A program made the translations under genes and the position numbers. Positions 47,534 to 57,831 of a stretch of DNA of 64,000 nt are shown piece by piece (position 1 is the stretch's first letter; each line of letters starts with the position of its first letter). Source of the stretch: an uncultured Candidatus Saccharibacteria bacterium (GTDB lineage: Bacteria; Patescibacteriota; Minisyncoccia; Phycocordibacterales; UBA9973). The DNA lies in contig CAZIZK010000004.1 of the NCBI GenBank assembly GCA_964544225.1, positions 883 through 64,882 on the forward strand, written 5' to 3'. The notes under the pieces were generated by a model. The model was not told the origin of the DNA. It did no database searches and was given only the letters and a program-made list of their open reading frames with translations.

Positions 47534-47720
47534 GATGTTTTTTTGTTAGTTGGTTTAGCAGAAAGGATATAAATCCCCTCAACTAAACCAACTAAAAACA
47601 TCATCTTTCAAACAACTTAACTTTAGTATATTATAGCACAATATATGCCTATTTGTCAAGTAAAAATACGTTGATAAATAAGGGTTTAATTGGCTTTTAT
47701 AGGTATGATATAATGAACCA

Positions 47721-50396
47721 ATGCAAAAGAAAAATAATACAAAAACTAGTAAAAAACCAAAGAAAGAATCTGTTCGCCTAGTGCCACATATCAAGCCTGT
47801 TAAATACACACTAAAATTGAAGCCGGACTTAGAATCTTTTACCTTCGAAGGTAATGAGGTGATAGATATTGTGATAGACAAGGCTGTGAGTGAGGTAACT
47901 CTGCACTCAAAAGATTTAGATATCACAACTGTAGAAGTAACAAGTGGCAAGGCTTCACAATTTGCAAATAAAATTAAATACAATGAAAAGGCTGAGACAG
48001 CCACATTTACTTTCAAGAACAACATTCCGAAGGGAAAGTTAAAATTAAAAATTATTTTCTCAGGAATTATTAGCGAAGGATTGCGAGGATTCTATCGCAG
48101 TCGCTACACCCTCGATGGAAAGGTAAAGCATATTGCAACAACTCAGTTCGAAGCTACCGATGCACGTAGGGCCTTCCCCTCTTTCGACGAGCCGGCTCAC
48201 AAAGCAATTTTCGACCTATCGCTCATTATCCCTGGTACTCATACAGCAATATCAAACACTTTGCCAACAAAGATAAGTGAACACGAAGGTGGATACAAAG
48301 TAATCGAATTCGCATCTACTCCAAAAATGTCTACATACCTACTGGCATTTATAATCGGCGAATTTGAATTTGTGGAAGGGTACGCTTCTTCGGGGAAACA
48401 TTCTTCTAAAAATCGTTTATCCCTACCTCGTCCCGAGGGCGAGGCGCGCGCCCACACCTACGATTTTGATAAGAACATTTCCCCTACAAAAACACTCGTT
48501 AGAGTCTACACAACCGCTGGTAAAAAGCACCAGGCAAAGTTTGCCCTCGATGTAGCTATCAAGTCGTTGGAATTCTACAATGATTATTTCGGTATTCCCT
48601 ACCCACTTCCGACACTGGACCTCATTGCCCTACCGGACTTTGAGTCCGCTGCCATGGAAAACTGGGGCGCAGTTACATTCCGCGAGACAGCATTGCTCGT
48701 AGACGATGAACACACTTCATTTGCCAACAAGCAATGGGTAGCGATAGTTATCGCACACGAATTGGCACACCAATGGTTCGGCAACTTGGTTACTATGCAC
48801 TGGTGGACAGACTTGTGGCTCAACGAAGGCTTTGCCTCATACATGGAATACCTATGTACTGACCACATGTTCCCTGAATGGAAAGTCTGGGATCTATACC
48901 TTGCCGAGCGTTACTCACTAGCACTACGCCTGGACGCACTTGCTAACTCGCACCCTATCGAAGTCGAAGTTCACCACCCAAACGAGATCAATGAAATATT
49001 CGACATGGTGTCATATGCAAAAGGCTCGGCGGTGATACGTATGCTTGCGGAATACCTGGGCGCAGACACTTTCAAGAAAGGCTTGCAACACTACATGAAG
49101 AAGCACAGCTATGGCAACACTGTTACCATGGACCTATGGGATGCATTTGAAAAGGCAAGTAAAAAGCCAGTAAAGAAAATGATGCGCGAGTGGACAGGCC
49201 GTACAGGTTACCCACTGCTTAGTTTAGATAAAAATAAAGTAACTCAAGAAAGGTTCTTCTCGAGTCGTGTGTCTAAAGAGAATAATAAGGAGAAGACTAC
49301 TTGGCAGATACCTCTTTCATACAAAGATGGTGACAATACAAAGAAAGTTCTAATAGATAAAAAGTCTACAAATATTGTAGGTAAAAATATTGGCAAGTTA
49401 AATACTGGCGAAGTGTCTATGCTACGCGTAAAGTATGACGAAGCTACAATAGCCCGCCTAAAGTCTGAGATATCTTCTGGCACAATGAGTGTACATGACA
49501 GGCTAGGTATTGCCCGTGATATCTTTGCACTAGCTGAGGCAGGCTATACTAGTGCCACAGTCGCTATGGACTTTGCCCAATCATTCAAGAACGAGACCGA
49601 GTATATAGTCTGGGCAGAACTTGCCAGTGGTATCGACAAAGTATACAGCCTGATAGCCGAAGAAAGTTGGGCAGATAATTACAAGAAATATGCTTTGCAA
49701 CTATTCTCGCCTCTTGCACACCGTATGGGCTGGCACGCAAAAAGTGCAAGTAATACCGACACATTCCTACGCAACCTGGCCCTATCACATGCGGCACTTT
49801 ATGGCGATGACTTGATAATTAAATATGGCAAGAAATTATTTAAGGAATCTGGAAAGACAAAGATCCCTGCCGACATCCGAAGTGTTGTATATGGAATTGT
49901 AGCCCGCGATGGTAAAGAGACTGATTGGAATAAATTCAAAACTATGTACAAGTCTGCCACTCTAGATGAAGAGCGCGACAGATGTGGCCGAGCACTTGCA
50001 CAGTTCCGCGACAAGACACTGTTAGCAAAGACACTTACATTTGCAATCTCAAAAGAAGTTCGCATGCAAGATACGCCATTTATGATAGGCTCTGTATGGG
50101 GTAATAGTAAAGGTCGCGACTTGGCATGGCAATTTGTCCAACATAATTGGCCGACACTGCTGAAGAAATATGGCGAGGGTGGACACTTCCTAGGGCGATT
50201 ACTATCACCACTAGGTACACACACCAAAGTATCTGATGCAAAAGCTATCAAAATATTCTTCAAGAAGAATGAGGCCCCAGGGGCACAAAGAACTATCGAA
50301 CAGTCACTGGAACGTATATATTCCAATGCTTCATGGATTGCCTCGGACAAGAACAACATAAAAAAGTGGCTAGAGAAGTGGAATGAATCCCGTTAG
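47721..50396 (+). CDS. pepN: aminopeptidase N (M1 metallopeptidase)
   Basis: GAMENWG, HELAHQWFGNLVTMHWWTDLWLNEGFASYME (HEXXH-18-E), ERAP C-terminal helical domain; 891 aa. Its last three codons and stop (E-S-R-*) lie inside the left TIR of MITE copy 2. Confidence 0.9.
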   Translation: MQKKNNTKTSKKPKKESVRLVPHIKPVKYTLKLKPDLESFTFEGNEVIDIVIDKAVSEVTLHSKDLDITTVEVTSGKASQFANKIKYNEKAETATFTFKNNIPKGKLKLKIIFSGIISEGLRGFYRSRYTLDGKVKHIATTQFEATDARRAFPSFDEPAHKAIFDLSLIIPGTHTAISNTLPTKISEHEGGYKVIEFASTPKMSTYLLAFIIGEFEFVEGYASSGKHSSKNRLSLPRPEGEARAHTYDFDKNISPTKTLVRVYTTAGKKHQAKFALDVAIKSLEFYNDYFGIPYPLPTLDLIALPDFESAAMENWGAVTFRETALLVDDEHTSFANKQWVAIVIAHELAHQWFGNLVTMHWWTDLWLNEGFASYMEYLCTDHMFPEWKVWDLYLAERYSLALRLDALANSHPIEVEVHHPNEINEIFDMVSYAKGSAVIRMLAEYLGADTFKKGLQHYMKKHSYGNTVTMDLWDAFEKASKKPVKKMMREWTGRTGYPLLSLDKNKVTQERFFSSRVSKENNKEKTTWQIPLSYKDGDNTKKVLIDKKSTNIVGKNIGKLNTGEVSMLRVKYDEATIARLKSEISSGTMSVHDRLGIARDIFALAEAGYTSATVAMDFAQSFKNETEYIVWAELASGIDKVYSLIAEESWADNYKKYALQLFSPLAHRMGWHAKSASNTDTFLRNLALSHAALYGDDLIIKYGKKLFKESGKTKIPADIRSVVYGIVARDGKETDWNKFKTMYKSATLDEERDRCGRALAQFRDKTLLAKTLTFAISKEVRMQDTPFMIGSVWGNSKGRDLAWQFVQHNWPTLLKKYGEGGHFLGRLLSPLGTHTKVSDAKAIKIFFKKNEAPGAQRTIEQSLERIYSNASWIASDKNNIKKWLEKWNESR

Positions 50397-50505
50397 AAGC
50401 CACGATCACGATATTATGGTAATATCTATATATGAAAGAACATTTTAAAATTATTAATTTAACAAGTAAGGCACGTATATTGATCGTGACCTGCTTCTAA
50501 CGGGA
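50388..50505. mobile_element. MITE-like element copy 2 (118 bp; same 12-bp TIRs; TSD TGAA), between pepN and the next gene
   Basis: gaaTGAA|TCCCGTTAGAAGccacg...cgtgacctgCTTCTAACGGGA|TGAAcatac. The internal part has its own inverted repeat (cacgatcacgatat...atattgatcgtg). Confidence 0.65.
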
Positions 50506-51041
50506 TGAACATACACCCAATATTTGTGCACTTCCCTATAGCGTTACTAACCATATACGCTATGATGGAATTATTAAAATTCAAAAAAGTAAAAGAACTT
50601 CCATACTTCTTTTACACTAAGGCTATCATCCTTATCATCGGTGCACTTAGTTCATCTGTAGCATTGCAAACTGGTGAGATGGCTGAAGACGCTCTAAACA
50701 GCCCCGAATTACATAACCTTGTAGAAAAGCACGCTTGGTTTGCAGGATTTGCATCATACATATTTGCCGTACTTGCTATTGTGTATGCCGTATCATGGGT
50801 AAATAAATCAGATTTTGCAAAGAATATATTATCAAAAGTTACAAATATTGGCATAATCAACAAGCTTTGGATATTTGTATCGAGCATAGCAGAAAAGATA
50901 CTAGCAAGTGACTTATTAATGATAACCCTTGCCATAGTAGGCCTCGCAACTATCACTATTACAGGTGCACTCGGTGGCGCTATTGTATACGGCCCAAATA
51001 TAGACCCAATAGTACAGATCATATACAACTTGGTAATGTAA
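50505..51041 (+). CDS. DUF2231-like membrane protein
   Basis: MNIHPIFVHFPIALL N-terminal motif plus 4 TM; 178 aa. Confidence 0.45.
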   Translation: MNIHPIFVHFPIALLTIYAMMELLKFKKVKELPYFFYTKAIILIIGALSSSVALQTGEMAEDALNSPELHNLVEKHAWFAGFASYIFAVLAIVYAVSWVNKSDFAKNILSKVTNIGIINKLWIFVSSIAEKILASDLLMITLAIVGLATITITGALGGAIVYGPNIDPIVQIIYNLVM

Positions 51042-51047
51042 TATGAA

Positions 51048-51130
51048 TCCCGTTAGAAATTATTTATGTTATATTACTACTATTATCAAATTAATTACGA
51101 AAGTCTAAAGACTTTCTATTTCTAACGGGA
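51048..51130. mobile_element. MITE-like element copy 3 (83 bp; TIRs TCCCGTTAGAAA/TTTCTAACGGGA; TSD TGAA), abutting the rsmE start codon
   Basis: ataTGAA|TCCCGTTAGAAAttatt...cgaaagtctaaagactttctaTTTCTAACGGGA|TGAAgatac. The sub-terminal hairpin gaaagtCTAAAGacttt mirrors copy 1's gataatCTAAAGattat with compensatory changes. Confidence 0.65.
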
Positions 51131-51822
51131 TGAAGATACATCGATTCATAACTGCATATGAAATACGTGACGGTTCTGTAACCATACAAGACCCAGAACT
51201 AGTACACCAATTCCGCAATGTTTTAAAGTTCAAGACTGGCGAAGTCGTCATGCTTACAAATGATTCAATGCTCGAGGCCACTGTACGTATATCACATATG
51301 TCAAAAGACACTATCGACTTTGAAGTAATCGATGAAGGTGTAAACAACAACGAGCCAAAGAATAAAGTAACACTTTATCTAGCCATATTAAAGCGCGAGA
51401 ACTTCGAGCTAGTTGTCCAAAAAGCTACCGAGATAGGTATCGATAAAATAGTGCCGATCATTACAAAGAACACTGTAAAAACAGGCTTACGTTATGACCG
51501 CTTGGAAAAAATTGCAAAAGAAGCTTCCGAACTATCTGGCCGTAGTACAGTGCCTACTATTACCGAAGCCATCGAATACACAGAGGCAATTGAGCAAGTA
51601 AAAGATATTAAAGACAATATAATATTTGATATTTCAGGCAAAAAACTATCAGAAGTAAATATCAAACCAGCCAATGTATTTGTGGGGCCTGAAGGTGGCT
51701 TTACCCAAGACGAAATAAATCAAGCAAAAGATGCCAGTTTTACCGTCGCCTCCCTAGGCACCCTCACCCTCCGAGGCGAAACCGCCGCAATAGTGGCAAG
51801 TTACATATCTATAAGTAGTTAA
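51130..51822 (+). CDS. rsmE: 16S rRNA (uracil1498-N3)-methyltransferase
   Basis: MKIHRFI..., PUA-like N-terminus, SPOUT core ...GPEGGFTQDEI.... Confidence 0.8.
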   Translation: MKIHRFITAYEIRDGSVTIQDPELVHQFRNVLKFKTGEVVMLTNDSMLEATVRISHMSKDTIDFEVIDEGVNNNEPKNKVTLYLAILKRENFELVVQKATEIGIDKIVPIITKNTVKTGLRYDRLEKIAKEASELSGRSTVPTITEAIEYTEAIEQVKDIKDNIIFDISGKKLSEVNIKPANVFVGPEGGFTQDEINQAKDASFTVASLGTLTLRGETAAIVASYISISS

Positions 51823-51865
51823 TTTTAACAGTAAGGTTATAATTTGTGTTACAATTTATCTAATT

Positions 51866-52747
51866 ATGAAAGAGAATAATATAGAAAACTTCAAACAAAA
51901 CTCAAAATTTGAAGATTTGGAGACCAAAAAATCTAATGCAAAAATTAGTAATTTTTTAGGCAATTCTCTTGATAAACTTGATAAAATAGAGAAAAATATA
52001 GAAGATGGGCCATTAAAAAATAGACAAAAAATGGATATAAAGAAGCAGACAGGTAGAAATTTTATTGGGGTGGGGTCTAAATCAATAATTTTATCTGATT
52101 CCAAAGACAAAGTTATAGGATTAAATTATTATAATAAAGAATATAATGATAGACATTCTTATCAAAAACCTGAAAAAAATTACAAAGAATTAACAGAAGG
52201 AACATTTTTTCAAAAAAATAGATACTACTCAAACAAAATTCTTACAACTCTGTTCCCAAATAATTTTGCTAAACTTCACGCGACAACCGCAGGCATGAAC
52301 TTGTCAGAAAATGCTATACAAAGCGTAGAGCAGTCTCTTGGAGTTAAAATACCCAAAAATCTTTCTCCTTATAGTTTAGACAAACGTCAATTTATTCAAG
52401 AGCCAAAACTGTACGATAAAGCAAAATATTTAAAACCCAAAAGTAGGTTTATGGATATTGTAGACTTGCTAGGTAAAAAAATAGAATTTCAATATGATAG
52501 TACTCCAAGTAATGTAATAAAAAATCGTCAAGGTCACGAAGTCTACATAGACGATGCCCTTTTGGTAATAAAAAATCATGAAGACATTAACGAAATAGTA
52601 AATTTTATGAATTCTCAAAACGAAAAAACTCCTAGTATTTATTCAGACAAAGATATTGATATCGTTAAAAATTACGCAAATAGGATGAAGGAATTAAGTG
52701 AAGAATATAGCTCGATTATTGTAAACCAACTACCACCAAACAACTAA
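51866..52747 (+). CDS. hypothetical Lys/Asn-rich protein (orphan)
   Basis: 293 aa, AT-skewed, no motif. Confidence 0.35.
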   Translation: MKENNIENFKQNSKFEDLETKKSNAKISNFLGNSLDKLDKIEKNIEDGPLKNRQKMDIKKQTGRNFIGVGSKSIILSDSKDKVIGLNYYNKEYNDRHSYQKPEKNYKELTEGTFFQKNRYYSNKILTTLFPNNFAKLHATTAGMNLSENAIQSVEQSLGVKIPKNLSPYSLDKRQFIQEPKLYDKAKYLKPKSRFMDIVDLLGKKIEFQYDSTPSNVIKNRQGHEVYIDDALLVIKNHEDINEIVNFMNSQNEKTPSIYSDKDIDIVKNYANRMKELSEEYSSIIVNQLPPNN

Positions 52748-52779
52748 AAGTTAGTAAAAGTTTTTAAAAAAAATGCATT

Positions 52780-53454
52780 TTACTGAACCTTTTTTAAGAA
52801 ACTTTTACGGTGTAGTGGTGTGAGGCCGTGTTTTTTGATTGCTTCGTAGTGTGCACGGGTGCCGTAGCCAGAGTGGTTTTCAAAGCCATAATCTGGAAAT
52901 TCTTTCGAGTATTTTGTCATGATCTTGTCGCGGGAAACTTTCGCGACTATAGAAGCAAATGATATTACTGGGTGCAGTTCATCCCCTTTTATAACTGTCT
53001 CTTGGTTTATGTATTCCTTTGGTGCTTTTAGTCCACCGTCAAGAAAAATTTGCAACGAAGCAAAATGTTCAAAATCTGAGTCGTGTCGGAGCCCCCGTAG
53101 AGAGGGTAAAGCGCGAAGATTTTGAATATTTTGCGAAGTAATTTTTCCAAGAGAAGAGTCTAGTGCCTTTTGTATACATTTATTTATTCCAAATTTATCA
53201 ATATTCTCGGGTGAGACATAAGACACGTGGAAGTTGCATTTCCCCTCTTTCTTTAATTCATTTAAATACTTGTACCATTTCTCACGCTGGATCTTGGTCA
53301 ATTTCTTAGAATCCCTTACCGATAGGCCCAATTTATCCTGAGCATTTGATACTATTTCCTCTTGATCTTTGGGGTCTATACCAAAAGCACATACAGCCAC
53401 AGGCCCAGCTATCGGCCCCCTCCCCACCTCATCTATACCGACAATGTATTTCAT
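52780..53454 (-). CDS. rnhB: ribonuclease HII
   Basis: MKYIVGIDEVGRGPIAGPVAVCAF (DEVGRG), 224 aa. Confidence 0.9.
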   Translation of the reverse strand: MKYIVGIDEVGRGPIAGPVAVCAFGIDPKDQEEIVSNAQDKLGLSVRDSKKLTKIQREKWYKYLNELKKEGKCNFHVSYVSPENIDKFGINKCIQKALDSSLGKITSQNIQNLRALPSLRGLRHDSDFEHFASLQIFLDGGLKAPKEYINQETVIKGDELHPVISFASIVAKVSRDKIMTKYSKEFPDYGFENHSGYGTRAHYEAIKKHGLTPLHRKSFLKKVQ

Positions 53455-53532
53455 ACAAAGATTGTAACACAATACATGACACAAAAAGAAAAGGCCTCTT
53501 TATGAAGCCTTTTTTACTAAAAATATAACGTC

Positions 53533-54534
53533 TTATTTTGGTTTAAGGATTATATAATTCAATTTTCTCTGAATTAAAATATCCTCTATAAAACTTCCTT
53601 GAATAGTGGAGTTACCTGATTTAAAATGATTAATACCTAAAATCAGAACCGAACTAATAGTATCTGGAAGAACTTTAACAATCGGAATGTTCCGATCAAA
53701 CCGTGTTACCTTTAAAAACCGTTCATCAATATACTTACCTGTTTTCAAAAACATTGCAAACCAACCATCTGGATTATCTGGATAAGTTTTTTTAATAGCA
53801 TTAAGTTCGGTTTTCATTGCATTCATCTCATCATCGTATGCATTATAGATTAACCGATCTTTAAACAATGGATTATTTGTTCGATTATCAATTTGAAAAA
53901 AATTATCAAATTTATCTCTGAATATCCTAAGTGCTGCTATTTGTTGGTTTCTATCTGTAATTTGAACATACTGATCCCTTGTAAGACGATAAGTGTACCG
54001 TAAACTAAAGATTGCATTTGTTTGCGCAACCTTTTTAAAATCTTCTACTCCGTAAATATTTATTGTTTTTAAATTTTCCAATAAATAGTATGTGAGTGAT
54101 GAGTACATGCTTTCATCAATCAGCCGACTAAACTTTTCTTTTGAATCGATACGGCCATCTTTAATAAGAAAACCTTCTGAATAGATAGGTAGTTTAATAA
54201 AGTGTTTTAAGGAATTCAGGATTTCTATTTGAATTTCTTTAACAATTGTCTTTTCAGACTCATTTAAAGCCTCAATGTTATCATCCATCAAATGGCGCTG
54301 CATGTAACAAATAACAAAAGGTCGGCCTGGAAAACTATTACAAGTATCCGCAATAATTACATCAGGGTCATTCTGGAGGTTTTTTATAACCTTACCAAAA
54401 GATGACATTTGTGATTTGGTGTACGGGGTATCAACAGAATTAGATTTAATACTAGTTTCTGTGATTTCTTCTTTTGTTCTGCTATTACAAGCAATAACAA
54501 TAAGGATTGTCGTGATCAGTAGGTGGTATTTCAT
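53533..54534 (-). CDS. putative lipoprotein, hypothetical
   Basis: MKYHLLITTILIVIAC lipobox-like signal, 333 aa, no motif. Confidence 0.35.
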   Translation of the reverse strand: MKYHLLITTILIVIACNSRTKEEITETSIKSNSVDTPYTKSQMSSFGKVIKNLQNDPDVIIADTCNSFPGRPFVICYMQRHLMDDNIEALNESEKTIVKEIQIEILNSLKHFIKLPIYSEGFLIKDGRIDSKEKFSRLIDESMYSSLTYYLLENLKTINIYGVEDFKKVAQTNAIFSLRYTYRLTRDQYVQITDRNQQIAALRIFRDKFDNFFQIDNRTNNPLFKDRLIYNAYDDEMNAMKTELNAIKKTYPDNPDGWFAMFLKTGKYIDERFLKVTRFDRNIPIVKVLPDTISSVLILGINHFKSGNSTIQGSFIEDILIQRKLNYIILKPK

Positions 54535-54605
54535 TTTTTTTGTTTTTTCATACATTACTACTAATTTTAACTTTTGTCAAATAGAACTCATTACTGATAT
54601 ACTAT

Positions 54606-57600
54606 GTGCACATGAGCTCCAAGTTCACACATTTGCATACCCATAGTCACTATTCGCTACTAGACGGATTGTCGAAGATCGACGATATTGTTCGTATTGC
54701 AAAGGAGGCCGACATGACATCGATAGCCCTGACAGACCACGGCAATATGTACGGAGCGCTCGAGTTCTACAAGAAGTGCAAGAAGGCAGGTATCAAGCCT
54801 ATCATAGGGTGCGAAGTATACGTAGCCGAGAGGAAGATGACCGACAAAGAAGCCGGTATCGATAACAAACGTTACCACCTGATACTTCTTGCAAAGAACA
54901 AGGCAGGTTACAAAAATCTGATGAAGATAGTTAGTCGTGCAGCGACAGAGGGGTATTATTACAAGCCTCGTGTAGATATGGACCTGTTGCGTGAGTATAG
55001 TGAAGGTATCATAGCACTATCTGGCTGTATGGGTGGCAAGCTGTCACGTGCAGTATTGACAAAGAATAATGAAAAGGCCGAGGAATTGATAAAGGAACAC
55101 CAAGACGTATTCAGCAAAGACAATTATTTTATCGAGATCCAGTCACACCCGCATATCGAACATGACCGCGAACTTCGCGACGACTTAGTAAAACTGGCAA
55201 AGAAGTTCAACATACCTATCATAGCTACCCAAGACTCACATTACCCGTGTAAAGATGACCACAAGGCCCACCACACACTACTACAGGTGAACACTGGTGC
55301 CGATGGTCAGACAGGTAAATTCGAGTTCTCAGACGACGACTTCTCACTAATAGATGAAAAGACTGCATTGGAATATTTCAAAGATTATCCAGAATCTGTA
55401 GCAAACACACAGATCGTAGCCGACATGTGTGAGGACTACGATCTAGAGCTTGGGCGTGCATTCTTCCCTAACTATGTTATCGAAAACGGCAACTCGCCTG
55501 AAGACGAATTACGAGCTTTCATAAAGAAAGGTATCGAGAAACGTGGGTTAGAAGAAACAGAAGAATTGAAGACTCGCGTAGAATACGAACTAGATATTAT
55601 TATCAAAAAGGGTTACCCTTCATACTTCCTAGTAGTGTCAGACCTCCTAAAATACGCAAAGGAAAATGGCATCCTAACAAATACTCGAGGATCCGCGGCA
55701 GGGTCACTAGTGTCATATATTATAGGGATTACCAATATCAACCCGCTCGAGTTCAAGCTCCCCTTCGAAAGATTCCTAAACCCAGAGCGTCCATCATTAC
55801 CTGATATCGATATGGACTTTGCCGACAATAGGCGTGACGAAGTTATTGAATATGCAAAAAGGAAATATGGCGAGGATAAAGTCGCGCAGATCGGTACATT
55901 TGGAACTATGATGGCCAAAGGGTCTGTCCGTGATGTAGCACGCGCCCTAGGCTTTCCATATGTTGTAGGTGACCGTATATCCGGCATGATCCCTATGGGC
56001 TCACAAGGTTTCCCTATGACTATCGACCATGCGATGGAGATAGTGCCCGAGCTTGCAGAAGCGTATAAAAAAGAAAATGATACAAAAGAAATAATCGACC
56101 TAGCAAAGAAGATGGAAGGCTGTGTCCGCCATGTGTCGGTGCACGCTGCGGGTATTGTTATATCACCTACACCACTTTACGACTTTACACCTATACAATA
56201 CGACCCGCGTGGTGGAGGTATCATCACCCAATACGACATGTACAATATCGAAGAAGCCGGCTTGCCAAAGTTCGACTTCCTGGGTATCCGCAACTTGTCT
56301 ATATTGGCCGAGGCTATGAGGCTAGTGAAGCTACTTCACAATATTGAAATAGATATCGAGAAGATCCCAATAGATGACAAAAAGACTTATGCCATGCTTG
56401 CCCGTGGTGAGACTATTGGACTCTTCCAGCTCAATGGTTCTGGTATGACCAAATACCTAAAGGACCTGCGCCCTACCGATATCAACGATATCAATGCGAT
56501 GGTGGCACTGTACCGCCCGGGTCCTATGGCATTTATCCCCGACTATATCAAACGCAAATACAACAATAGGCTAGTTACATATCTGGACCCTAGGATGGAG
56601 CAATTCCTGAAGACTACCTATGGAATCCTAATCTACCAAGACGACATCTTGCTCATGGCTGTGCATATGGCTGGATACACCTGGGGTGAAGCCGACAAGT
56701 TCCGCAAAGCTGTGGGTAAGAAGATCCCCGAAGAAATGGAGGCCCAAAGAGAAAAGTTTATAAAAGGTCTGATAAAGAATGGCATGATAGAAAAGAAGGC
56801 AAAGGAACTATGGGCCATGATCGAAACATTCGCGGCCTACGGGTTCAACAAAGCTCATGCGGCAAGTTACGGTATGGTCGCGTACCAGACGAGTTATATG
56901 AAAGCCAACTTCCCTGTCGAGTATATGTGTGCCATACTCACTGCCGAGTCCGGTGATGTAGACAAGATATCTGAGATAGTCGACGAGTGTAAGAAGATGA
57001 AGATCGATATATTACCACCGTCTATAAATGAAAGCTTTGGTGGGTTTACTGTTATCCGAGGTACGAACCATACCGAGGGTCGGGCTATACGCTTCGGCTT
57101 GTATACTATCAAGAACTTGGGTACTGATATATCTGATTCGATAATAGAAGAGAGGGGTCGTGGTGGCAATTTTACTTCACTAGCCGACTTCTTTGAGCGT
57201 ATCAATCACAAGAATTTAAATAAAAAGTCAGTAGAAGCCTTGGCCAAGTCTGGGGCTATGGATGAATTGGGCGAGCGTAACAGTATCATCAACAACCTCG
57301 AGAAGTTGATAGAGTTCAACAAAGAGTCTCGTGGTACTAATACCCAAGACTCACTCTTTGGCAGTATTGGTGGGATACAAGCAACCCTAACACTCGAGCC
57401 AACCCCCGAAGCAACCATGAAGGAAAAACTGTCTTGGGAAAAGGAATTGTTGGGTCTATATATCTCGGGTCATCCACTGGGTGAATACAAAGACAAAATA
57501 AATAAAATAGGTAACTCCATAAAGAAGATCCGAATCGAAATAAGGAACAATATGCCTATAACCACAGCCGTAATCATCGACAATGTAAAGATAGTAATGA

Positions 57601-57794
57601 CAAAGAAGAACGATCGTATGGCATTCGTAAAGATATCTGACTTCACTGGGTCTATTGAGGCTGTCGTATTTTCTAAAACATTCGAGGCGAATAAGGACAT
57701 AATAGTTGAAGGTAATATCATAGCCCTCCAGGGTAAAGTCACCGAGCGTAATGGCGAGAAGAGTATCCAGATAGACAAGTTAAAGAAATTATAA
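54606..57794 (+). CDS. dnaE: DNA polymerase III alpha subunit
   Basis: PHP domain FTHLHTHSHYSLLDG, palm/fingers, C-terminal OB fold; 1062 aa. Confidence 0.95.
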   Translation: MHMSSKFTHLHTHSHYSLLDGLSKIDDIVRIAKEADMTSIALTDHGNMYGALEFYKKCKKAGIKPIIGCEVYVAERKMTDKEAGIDNKRYHLILLAKNKAGYKNLMKIVSRAATEGYYYKPRVDMDLLREYSEGIIALSGCMGGKLSRAVLTKNNEKAEELIKEHQDVFSKDNYFIEIQSHPHIEHDRELRDDLVKLAKKFNIPIIATQDSHYPCKDDHKAHHTLLQVNTGADGQTGKFEFSDDDFSLIDEKTALEYFKDYPESVANTQIVADMCEDYDLELGRAFFPNYVIENGNSPEDELRAFIKKGIEKRGLEETEELKTRVEYELDIIIKKGYPSYFLVVSDLLKYAKENGILTNTRGSAAGSLVSYIIGITNINPLEFKLPFERFLNPERPSLPDIDMDFADNRRDEVIEYAKRKYGEDKVAQIGTFGTMMAKGSVRDVARALGFPYVVGDRISGMIPMGSQGFPMTIDHAMEIVPELAEAYKKENDTKEIIDLAKKMEGCVRHVSVHAAGIVISPTPLYDFTPIQYDPRGGGIITQYDMYNIEEAGLPKFDFLGIRNLSILAEAMRLVKLLHNIEIDIEKIPIDDKKTYAMLARGETIGLFQLNGSGMTKYLKDLRPTDINDINAMVALYRPGPMAFIPDYIKRKYNNRLVTYLDPRMEQFLKTTYGILIYQDDILLMAVHMAGYTWGEADKFRKAVGKKIPEEMEAQREKFIKGLIKNGMIEKKAKELWAMIETFAAYGFNKAHAASYGMVAYQTSYMKANFPVEYMCAILTAESGDVDKISEIVDECKKMKIDILPPSINESFGGFTVIRGTNHTEGRAIRFGLYTIKNLGTDISDSIIEERGRGGNFTSLADFFERINHKNLNKKSVEALAKSGAMDELGERNSIINNLEKLIEFNKESRGTNTQDSLFGSIGGIQATLTLEPTPEATMKEKLSWEKELLGLYISGHPLGEYKDKINKIGNSIKKIRIEIRNNMPITTAVIIDNVKIVMTKKNDRMAFVKISDFTGSIEAVVFSKTFEANKDIIVEGNIIALQGKVTERNGEKSIQIDKLKKL

Positions 57795-57796
57795 TA

Positions 57797-57831
57797 ATAA
57801 AACAGCCCCGACATAGTCGGGGCTGTTTTAT
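57797..57831. terminator. bidirectional terminator dnaE / 57831 gene
   Basis: aaaACAGCCCCGACatagTCGGGGCTGTttt. Confidence 0.7.
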
